Source: a virus. From it: a stretch of 64,000 nt of DNA. Numbering within the stretch: the first letter of the stretch is position 1; each line of letters starts with the position of its first letter. Both the position numbers and the translations under genes were made by a program. The stretch spans positions 1-64,000 of IMG/VR virus record IMGVR_UViG_3300023174_000052. The stretch is one strand, 5' to 3'. This document shows positions 57,701 through 64,000 of the stretch, piece after piece. The notes under the pieces were generated by a model. It saw only the letters and a list, made by a program, of their open reading frames with translations. It made no database searches and was not told the origin of the DNA.

Positions 57701-59353
57701 CGCAGAAGACGCAAGCGTACTACCTGCGGCTAACACTACAGTACCGAATCCGAGCGCCTGCGTTGCTGTACCGCTTCCTGTTCCGATTGTCAAAGTACCA
57801 GAGTTTACCAATCCACCTGCAAATGTGTTAGAATTATTTGCGATTGTAAGTCTGGCGATGGGCTCGACGACTAACGCACCGGCACCCGTTAACGTACCAG
57901 ATTGAACCCATTCGCCAGGACCGACGATTGAAGTTGCCGACCACGCAAGATTCGCACCATTGATCCAGCGATATAGAGGACCCGAAAGTGTGTGTATACC
58001 TGTAGCCGTGACTATACTACCAGACGAAACGTTTAATTTCGTGCCGATGCCGGAGGAGCTGGCGAGATATGCAGTATTAAGCGCGTTTGGAACTGTCATA
58101 GAACCAGAAAAGATCCAGTTCGCAGAGTTTGAAGCTGTTGCATAAGTAGAGGGGTAATATCCAATCATTTGCGCATTCGAGTTCGGAAGAGAAGACGACC
58201 CGATGAAATGAATAGAAGCGTTGGAATAATAACCAGGATATATCACGCCATATAAAGAGTTGTTATTACCAGATAGTTTAACTGTCAAAAGTCTATCGAA
58301 GCCACTGGCTGCATTATAACCCAAATACACAGGAGACGTATTACCAGGTTGCGTAATCAAGCGACCTGTATAGACATGCGTCTGTGGTTGGGTAATTGTT
58401 CCCGCGAGACTAGAGATGATTTTCGCGCCTGTACCTGCCGTGCCTGTCCAACTAACGTCTCCAGACATCGTGTGAATCTGCGTCGACGAATCCTGGAGGA
58501 AATATAAATAGCTGCCCGCTCCTCCGGTGCTAGTACCTTTGTTCCTAAATTCTATTGAAGCAGAACCTATGTTTCTGGACCCTGAAGTATAGAGATAGTT
58601 ATAAAATGTCGAATCTAATCGTATACCACCTGAATTGCTTAAATAAGAGTAGGTTCCAGTGAGGTAGACGACTGTGTTAAGCCCCGAAGCTGACCCAGAC
58701 GCGATATAGTTATCAAATATAATCTGTCCTGTTCCCGTAACTGGCGAGTGAACATAGAACGTAGGCGCGCCAGCGTAAGAAGACGAGATAACGCCAGAGC
58801 CAGAAAGGTATATACCACGATTAGCAGGAATAACGTGAGATATAACGTTAGGATAGATTAGCGTCGCCAAGTTATTGAAGATGATATTCGACGCGCTAAG
58901 ACTTGTTGGGACTGCGCCCAAAGACGTATCAGCAGCGATTCTCAAAGCACCGCTTAGGATTGCAGTACCACCTGTGTACGTGTTAGCAGTACCACTCAGG
59001 GCCAAGTAGTTACTATAAGAAGACGCCGTGACTATTAAAGCAGAGTTTCCTGAGATCGTGTTCCAAATGAACGACGGCGCGTAATCGACGTATACTGACG
59101 TACCCGTACCGAAGGTGACGATATTCGCAGAACCAGTAAGCTGCCAGGGATAAAAAGTCGCTGTGGGATCGGCGAATTTAATCGCACCCGGTTGCGCGTT
59201 TGTAGTCGATAACGTGACTACACCAGCGGCGTCAGAGGCAATATTCGTATTAAAATAGACATCATCACCTGCTACTGGAAGTGTTGATAAGTTCCAGTTA
59301 GTCGTAGTATTCCACGCACCTGCTACTGTTGGTACCCAAGTCTTAGTCGCCAT
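51785..59353 (-). CDS. giant (2522 aa) beta-helix protein with PATR repeats and four internal repeats
   Basis: paralog of the 1019-aa gene (MATK.W..G.WN...NW); repeated NRGI.L.G and GEW.QSGTL.G. Confidence 0.8.
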   Translation of the reverse strand: MATKTWVPTVAGAWNTTTNWNLSTLPVAGDDVYFNTNIASDAAGVVTLSTTNAQPGAIKFADPTATFYPWQLTGSANIVTFGTGTSVYVDYAPSFIWNTISGNSALIVTASSYSNYLALSGTANTYTGGTAILSGALRIAADTSLGAVPTSLSASNIIFNNLATLIYPNVISHVIPANRGIYLSGSGVISSSYAGAPTFYVHSPVTGTGQIIFDNYIASGSASGLNTVVYLTGTYSYLSNSGGIRLDSTFYNYLYTSGSRNIGSASIEFRNKGTSTGGAGSYLYFLQDSSTQIHTMSGDVSWTGTAGTGAKIISSLAGTITQPQTHVYTGRLITQPGNTSPVYLGYNAASGFDRLLTVKLSGNNNSLYGVIYPGYYSNASIHFIGSSSLPNSNAQMIGYYPSTYATASNSANWIFSGSMTVPNALNTAYLASSSGIGTKLNVSSGSIVTATGIHTLSGPLYRWINGANLAWSATSIVGPGEWVQSGTLTGAGALVVEPIARLTIANNSNTFAGGLVNSGTLTIGTGSGTATQALGFGTVVLAAGSTLASSASVANISNTLVSTGTVTVDVLNATTLTALVQAQGNATTINKIGLGTFRYVVSPNVNVNQVAGVATGVSALTSVLTASADSDFGSIPASYDSLFFPLSGSNWLITNSFTSNANRGFLLLKDWNIAINSSTTFAIGAPVNGTYPVIKTGSGNLQLNNSFITAIKHTSGNLILSGATASDVGVRRSFELSGSNLIISGTTFIGSNRDITTNGDLSIDVDAGAFLYVSSSLSSSIASASFIKTGAGRVYLPDLSTTNFNRSFTVSSGSVVLTTETSTGPVPATLSTASIVLNNSATLIYTNPILGGHAIPANRGIYLSGSGVISSSYIGSPTFYVNSPVMGTGQIVFDNYISSGSVTAVSTFVYLTGTYSYLSNSGGIRIDSTSYGYLYSSGSRNIGSASIEFRNKGIYVGAGGSDFYFLQDPSTQIHTMSGDVSWTGATGTGAKSISRMIGNVTQPQTHIYSGRLITQPGNTSIVYLGYNNASTGLDRLLTVKLTGDNSGLYGQIFPSYGGNNSIHFIGSSSLPNSIAQMIGYYASAYTTASNSANWIFSGSMTVANQIESSNYGANGVGAKMNVAAGSTIIATGRHGLTGTLIRQGTSPVIAWNATSFVGTGEWIQSGTLAGAGALVVEPGSRLTLANNSNISTGPISASNSVVTIAANGGTNSFGATPGSPTTSLYLNNATLAVSSSFSFGNTRRLQIDAGVATFDIPTGMTLTVPQGLDLGWTGASLRIIGGGTLTTPRVPYLNTGSVAGWTSRAVYGDADFGALPASVDPSNITFPLGISDIYTNNVQTFIISGTRGINLQGDGIFSSSIAAAPAPNYYVDSTVTGSGQIIFNNGVASGSATVVDTAVYLIGANSALNNAGGIRIDATGFATLTTSGSRTMGSGTVEFRNKGLASGLVGTSYLGFFQDPAKTTDTIINDIKFTGPSGGATSHKHIAYMRGALTTPQTYIFSGRLTNQVDSTSNFSLGSIGGLTSGFDRLINVVLTGNNSGLYGPIWVGDSGNISVTFVGSQSLPHPSAMLRAVHVNTYTTASNSANWIFSGSMTVPNLIESSNNGTVGAKLNVPSGNTVIHTGRHGLTGSLTRQGSGANFAWSATSFVGPGEWIQSGTLAGAGGLVIEPGACVTFANASNTFAGGLINSGTLTIGAGLTSGTLGTGQINLVDGSTLNISSSLILNPSKLYMTGTINLNISSGSIVSLALGSYVAGTSATINKRGPGTFEYVTSSGVTFNVLEGTVDVKSGSSNIVTASADSSFGATPSVLNPIYFVLSGSSWRITDTFSINQNRGIVLNADSTISVDQNKTLSILAPVTGTSALVKTGGGNLSLVGLSTQNSIYSTSGSLILSGVDTSADQATAVRSIQLTGSNLVVSGTTFLSVNRRLQTDGNLNVDTSVGAFLYVSSSVSSSIASASFTKTGGGRVYLPDLSTTNFKGLFTVSSGSVVLAAETSAGPVPATLSTASITLNNSATLIYPNATSHVIPATRGIYLSGAGIFSSSYTAAPTYHMLSPVTGTGQLIFDNYIASGSATAISTYVYLTGTNSGINNTRGIRIDSTNVGYLYVSGSRTIGSASIEFRNKGTYSAGAGNYLYFMITPGVQVHTMSGDISWTGAKGTGVRYLSYLNGTFTQPQTHIYSGRLSSQSGSINTTYIGYSSTAVNSGLSTFNIKFTGNNSNLYGFIYPAYYYNAAMTFVGSQSLPNSGSQLRGYHYSTYTTASSAANWIFSGSMTVPNSLESSYYGSTVGIGAKLNVPTGNTVIHTGRHGLTGSLTRYGAGTALAWSATSFVGPGEWIQSGTLAGAGSVVIEPSSRLTIANNSNLFTGFITASNSVLTIAANGSDNSFGATPGTAQARLFLQNATLASSASLTLSTTRNVGLTGSVTFDVQSGKTFIIPSQVAGTANITMKGGGLLILSGSTNVTGSVNVLTGTVRFENTFAIPSGSITVQNSGSVILPSSVNKFGTGNLNLILSGGNVSFI

Positions 59354-59380
59354 GTTTTCCCCAAAAAAATGTTATTATAA

Positions 59381-60961
59381 CTATCTAGCTACGATGAATC
59401 CAATTTTAGGACGATAGGTAACAGTCCCAGTCCCTGCTGTCGCTAGTGTATATCCTGATGTATCGGCTCTTGCATAATACATATTTCCATTCAAAGAATA
59501 TTCAAGAGACGCGCCTCCTGAAACGAATGCCGTATTCGAGAAGACCACTTTCGTCAATAGATTAGAAGTTCCGTCCCAAGTAAAAGAATTCGTAAAATTA
59601 AATTTTGGAGTTATTAACGAGGTGTAAGTTGCGACGTCTGGTACGAAGGGGCCAACTCTTTCGTAAACCGATGTGTACCCAGATGTGACAGACGATGTCA
59701 TCGTACTACCTTGCGAAGTATGTTGCATTCCGATTACGAAGTTTTTCCATCCACCCGACAAAGAAGAGACCCATGGCGAAGCGGCGTTTAAACAGATGTA
59801 CATACCTGTTATTCTATCGTTGGCATTAATGCCAGCTGCCGATAATTCCGCTGCCGTGAATACGAACTCGGTTGCACATGACCAATAGTATGAATCAAGC
59901 GGCCCAACGTCGGTCGAGGAACCAGCTACGGTTACAGTATTAACTGGTACTGCAGCAACTATGTCATTTATGTAAATCGTAGTACTCGCGAGAGTGTCAC
60001 CAGTATAAGAGCCTTGTTTTAAACTAAGTCTAAAACTTTCCTGACCCTCTGTCGCACCGTCAAAATTGATAGACTTTTCTAAATAGCCTAATTTAGTAGT
60101 AGCGTTTACGGCTATAGTTCCAGACAATTGATTATCAACGAAATCAGCTGCTGTGATACTTCCTGTTAAGCTTTCAATTACGTAATAATAATTCGCGTCG
60201 AGTGTTCCGAGTCCCATGTTGACGAACGACGCGGTTAAATATAGCGTGTTACCTTCTGATATGTTAGAAGAATTGACTGTTATAACAGGAGATTTTGAAA
60301 CGTCTTGAACAGTGATTACAGGAGTCGAACCTACTATTTTATTAAAAGAACTATCGTTGCTAATTTTAAACTGAAATAACTCGTCGCCTTCTGTGTTTAG
60401 GTCCAATCTAAACTTTTTAGAGAATGAACCTGTTCCATTGACGAGTAAAAAGCTACCCGTCGACGTGCGATCTTCGAAATCTGCGCCATTTAATACAGAC
60501 GCCGAATAATAAAGCGTCCTAGCCTGTAATTCGGTAGACGCGTCGTAGATTATAATCGTATTTCCTTCTCTTGTAGTATTTCCAGCAGAAGACATTACGC
60601 TGTCAAACGTTAATGTATGCGAATCTTCGGTCTCGGTAGCTTTTCTAAGTCCTACTTTAACTTTTTTACCAGTAGAATCTACATACGGTTCGGTTATGAC
60701 AGCGTATCCTGAGTTTGGTACGATGATCAATTTATTTGTCAGAGCGCTTCCAGCAGGTAAGTACGAACCGTTCCAAGTTATTCCAAGTGTAGTATCAAAT
60801 ATTGTATAAATTCCCTCCTGACTCGCGAAATCCCTGGGGAGATTGACGCGTGTCAAAGCGTTGTTTAACGCAAGAGCGCCAGTGACTTGAAAAACGCTAC
60901 TTGATATTTCGTTTTGATAATTTGAAACGGTACTGTAAATACCTTTGAAAACGCTCTGCAT
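59381..60961 (-). CDS. adaptor (YTIFDT domain) with Ig/Calx-beta-like domains and a C-terminal FTWDGTSNL domain
   Basis: start moved to ATG 60961; TEG.E.F motif occurs twice. Confidence 0.65.
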   Translation of the reverse strand: MQSVFKGIYSTVSNYQNEISSSVFQVTGALALNNALTRVNLPRDFASQEGIYTIFDTTLGITWNGSYLPAGSALTNKLIIVPNSGYAVITEPYVDSTGKKVKVGLRKATETEDSHTLTFDSVMSSAGNTTREGNTIIIYDASTELQARTLYYSASVLNGADFEDRTSTGSFLLVNGTGSFSKKFRLDLNTEGDELFQFKISNDSSFNKIVGSTPVITVQDVSKSPVITVNSSNISEGNTLYLTASFVNMGLGTLDANYYYVIESLTGSITAADFVDNQLSGTIAVNATTKLGYLEKSINFDGATEGQESFRLSLKQGSYTGDTLASTTIYINDIVAAVPVNTVTVAGSSTDVGPLDSYYWSCATEFVFTAAELSAAGINANDRITGMYICLNAASPWVSSLSGGWKNFVIGMQHTSQGSTMTSSVTSGYTSVYERVGPFVPDVATYTSLITPKFNFTNSFTWDGTSNLLTKVVFSNTAFVSGGASLEYSLNGNMYYARADTSGYTLATAGTGTVTYRPKIGFIVAR

Positions 60962-60962
60962 A

Positions 60963-63900
60963 TTATGACTCCAAACCGATGAGTGTAAACGCTGGGCTGC
61001 TAAACGTCGCATCGACGCTGGACGGTGCGACGACTCTTAAAACGTCTCCACGAGATACGTTCTGTGAACCGCCTGTCCACGCGACCGTGCCGCTTGCAGC
61101 TCCTGCAGCGTATGTAATCGTTCCGATATCACTATAAGTGATTGAACCAGCAGAATAAACGCCTTTTTGTATCTTCAATACGACCTGTGATGTCGCAGCG
61201 ATATCTACGTAAGCGTATCCACCATTAAACATCGCCGTTCTCGGCATGATTAACTTGAATACAACTTCACTTGAAGCTGGTTTACCATTGACGGTCGCGC
61301 ATAGATCGTAACCAATCGTCGCGATATAGTTATCGGTCGAAGCAACTGACAACGGAGTGATTGCTGAAATCGTATCATCTACGTCGAAGTTAAACTTAAA
61401 CGTGATCGTTGAACCATCCCATGCAACATCGTAATCGTAATCTGTCGCGTCGAAAGACTTCGAAACGAGAAGCTGACCGTTTAGATACATTCTAATATTT
61501 TCATTTCTTGAGCTGCCTGGCGTCGCCAAGAATGAATTCGTGAACGTCGTACCACCTGGTCTCGTGAGAGAACTACCATTTATCGTTACTGGTCCTGTGA
61601 CTGGCGAAGCGACCTTGTAGAGATGTAATCCGTCGCCGAATCCACTCGCACCAGCGGAAATCGCAGAAATAATCGATCTTTGACCGAACGTATTAACGTA
61701 ACTCTGCCATTCAGCTGAGCTATCTGCTAACGATATTCCCGCGTCAGACCATGTTCCTGCCATGTACTGATCTGAGAATTCGAGGGTCGATCCTGACATT
61801 CTAACTGCGACCGAACCATATGAACCGGTTAAGTTGCCGCCGCGTAACGTTAATATTCCACCCGTGAGTAGATCAACGCTCGCATCAGCATTAGCGCCCG
61901 ATCCAACGAAAGCCATCGTAGAACCACTAATGTTAACGCTTCCAGAAGTTATAACGTTTCTGTTAGATAGCGTTATCGTTGTAAGGCCATCAGACGCTCT
62001 TATTTTATTTCCATCGAGTTCTAAATCGCCGGCTAAAATAGTGCGCTTTTGTCCGTCACCAGAAAGAGTAATAACTGTGTCGTTGTTAGAATCTCTTATG
62101 TCGTTACCCATGACTCTAAGATCGGCCGCAACCTTGAGAGAAGCGGTAAGCGTAGGAGCATAGGCAGTGACGGTTATAGATCCATTTGTGAATGATCCAC
62201 CATTCGCATCACTTATCGTTATCGTGCCAGATACGCCTGGTGCAACCGTGATCGTAGAACCACCGCTATACGTTTGATTATCCCACGAAGTAACTGCTAC
62301 TAAAGCATTAGATAGTGAAGATAAAACGCTCGGTAATACGAACGAACGTTGCGTTGAAGTCGAAGCGAGCGTAATAACTTCCGTTATCCAAGAAGCAGGG
62401 AAAGTGATAGTTCCTTGATCGCCCGAATATGTTTGCGTATCACCATCGATAGCGAACGTGAGATTCTGAGTCGAATAAACAGGAACACCATCATCGAATG
62501 TAATTCTTGTAACGCTTGCTGAATCTTTGATATCGTTGCCAGAAACAATTAAGTCGCCGGCGACGGTTACAGTTCCCGCATTATTACCGATCACTACTGC
62601 GGTTGAAGCGGTTACGAAGTTAAACGAAGCCTGTGTCGTTGTAATGTCGCCACCGTTAATAGCAACGTCATTATAGAAGAGCGCGTTTGAACCAGTAATG
62701 TTTCCACCGATCTGAAGATCGGACGAACCCGAGATAATTCCGAGCGTTGTTAATGTACCAGAAACTATCTCATTACCAGAGACAGTTATGCTTGAACCAG
62801 TCAACTGGATAGCGACTGCGCCTGTCGAACTTTGAATATCATTACCAGCGACCTGTAGATCGCCAGCCAATGTGACAAGCCCCGTTGATGCTCCGATACT
62901 AACTGCCGTAGCAGCTCCTGCCATATTAACGGTCGTCGCAACAGTATTAAATAACGTCGCTGTAGTTTGCGATGTTATAACGTCTCCGCCATTGACTGCA
63001 ACGTCTCCTGCAACGATAACGTCGCGACCTGACATCGTAATTGTGACCGAACCGTCAGAGGCTTTAATATCATTACCCGCGATTTTTAAATCGCCGGCGA
63101 CGACGACGTCAGACGCTGCATTACCGATATTAACGCCTGAAGTTGCTCCACCCGCGATATTGACAGACGTTGCGTTTGCATTAAACACAGTAGCTGTCGT
63201 TTGAGTCGTCGTGATATCGCCGCCATTAAGCGCAAGATCACCATACAACATCATGTTTGAACCAGTGATATTTCCACCGATCTGTAATCCACCGGATCCT
63301 GATATCGCGCCAGCTGCAGTGACTTCAAAATATTTCGTAGAAGTATTATAGTCACCAACCAAAATGCTATACGGCGTAGCTAGACCTCTTTCTGCCCCTA
63401 ATCTAAGCTGTCGACCGATTTCGGTACCACCGTTACCGAATCCACCGTTAGCTGAAACTGACTGCATAGAGAATATGCCACCGTCTGCATTAATAGCGCC
63501 GTCGTTATAGATAGTAACACCAGACGACCCGAATCCCCCGCCGATCTTCGCATTATCAGCATCGATCATACCAGAGATCTTGATATCTCCTGAACCTGAA
63601 ATGTGGCTTCCCACCAACAGTCTTGAAGAGCCTGAAATAACTCCTATTGCCGTTAATGTGCCCGAAATGATTTCATTTCCAGAAACAGTGACGCTTGAAC
63701 CAGTTAACTGGATAGCAACTGCTCCTGTCGAACTCTTGATATCATTACCGGATACCTGCAAATCACCCGCGATTGTTACATCACGAGCAGACATGGTAAT
63801 TGTTGCTGTGCCGTCGGAAGCCTTGATATCGTTACCAGTAACCTGTAAATCTCCCTTGACTTCGACGTCTGCACCCAGAAGCTCTAGAGCGTCGGCCGTA

Positions 63901-64000
63901 GAAGATTTAATCGTATTGCCAGTTACTTTAATATCGCCAGCGAGCGTTGTAAGTTTGTTACCGTCGCCAGACATCGTGATGACAATGTCACCGTTTCCGT
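60963..64000 (-). CDS. virion fibre-like protein (5' end outside the window)
   Basis: frame open to the window edge; GDL.V.GNDI repeats; C-terminal domains paralogous to the 822-aa gene. Confidence 0.7.
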   Translation of the reverse strand, partial: GNGDIVITMSGDGNKLTTLAGDIKVTGNTIKSSTADALELLGADVEVKGDLQVTGNDIKASDGTATITMSARDVTIAGDLQVSGNDIKSSTGAVAIQLTGSSVTVSGNEIISGTLTAIGVISGSSRLLVGSHISGSGDIKISGMIDADNAKIGGGFGSSGVTIYNDGAINADGGIFSMQSVSANGGFGNGGTEIGRQLRLGAERGLATPYSILVGDYNTSTKYFEVTAAGAISGSGGLQIGGNITGSNMMLYGDLALNGGDITTTQTTATVFNANATSVNIAGGATSGVNIGNAASDVVVAGDLKIAGNDIKASDGSVTITMSGRDVIVAGDVAVNGGDVITSQTTATLFNTVATTVNMAGAATAVSIGASTGLVTLAGDLQVAGNDIQSSTGAVAIQLTGSSITVSGNEIVSGTLTTLGIISGSSDLQIGGNITGSNALFYNDVAINGGDITTTQASFNFVTASTAVVIGNNAGTVTVAGDLIVSGNDIKDSASVTRITFDDGVPVYSTQNLTFAIDGDTQTYSGDQGTITFPASWITEVITLASTSTQRSFVLPSVLSSLSNALVAVTSWDNQTYSGGSTITVAPGVSGTITISDANGGSFTNGSITVTAYAPTLTASLKVAADLRVMGNDIRDSNNDTVITLSGDGQKRTILAGDLELDGNKIRASDGLTTITLSNRNVITSGSVNISGSTMAFVGSGANADASVDLLTGGILTLRGGNLTGSYGSVAVRMSGSTLEFSDQYMAGTWSDAGISLADSSAEWQSYVNTFGQRSIISAISAGASGFGDGLHLYKVASPVTGPVTINGSSLTRPGGTTFTNSFLATPGSSRNENIRMYLNGQLLVSKSFDATDYDYDVAWDGSTITFKFNFDVDDTISAITPLSVASTDNYIATIGYDLCATVNGKPASSEVVFKLIMPRTAMFNGGYAYVDIAATSQVVLKIQKGVYSAGSITYSDIGTITYAAGAASGTVAWTGGSQNVSRGDVLRVVAPSSVDATFSSPAFTLIGLES

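Noticed and set aside
51785-59353. Diversity-generating retroelement acting on the repeats
   Set aside because: No reverse transcriptase in the window, all repeats are coding, and the differences are not confined to adenines.
145-63204. Many 60-240 aa ORFs antisense to, or nested in, the called genes (e.g. 13093-13590, 15607-16233, 16767-17483, 42069-42566 and the + strand ORFs over the fibre genes)
   Set aside because: Shadow frames of real genes: no SD, no motifs, and composition mirrors the opposite-strand codon bias.
1-64000. tRNA, rRNA or transposase genes, and a host assignment
   Set aside because: No cloverleaf, rRNA or transposase motifs were seen in the few intergenic gaps or ORFs; the host cannot be determined without database searches.

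Overview
This is a 64-kb fragment of a large (jumbo-type) dsDNA bacteriophage genome in the standard genetic code; no tRNA, rRNA, CRISPR array or mobile element was seen. (1) 1-11.0 kb, + strand: a tightly coupled array of about 45 tiny ORFs, about 39 of them divergent paralogs with a KOW/SH3-like N-terminal motif (K-P-G-D-L-V or P-G-Q-L-R-x-W). (2) 11.7-28 kb, mostly - strand: HAD and Dps-like genes, a GapR/DsbA-like DNA-binding protein, and an apparently split sigma70 whose region 4.2 helix-turn-helix seems to lie in the next ORF, followed by GroEL, a 5'-3' exonuclease and probable head/virion proteins including an Fe/Mn SOD-like protein. (3) 28-40 kb, - strand: DnaE polymerase followed by a nine-gene nucleotide operon that looks like a cytosine hypermodification pathway. 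Its genes are an NMP kinase, an ATP-grasp/HAD fusion, an O-carbamoyltransferase, two dCMP-type thymidylate-synthase-fold proteins, an SDR epimerase, thymidine kinase, a DHH phosphoesterase and dCMP deaminase. (4) 42.6-64 kb, - strand: fibre genes arranged as a duplicated three-gene module of fibre, small adaptor and autotransporter-like beta-helix protein. Two recurring promoter-like motifs were found by eye. All functional calls come from motif recognition only; no searches were run.
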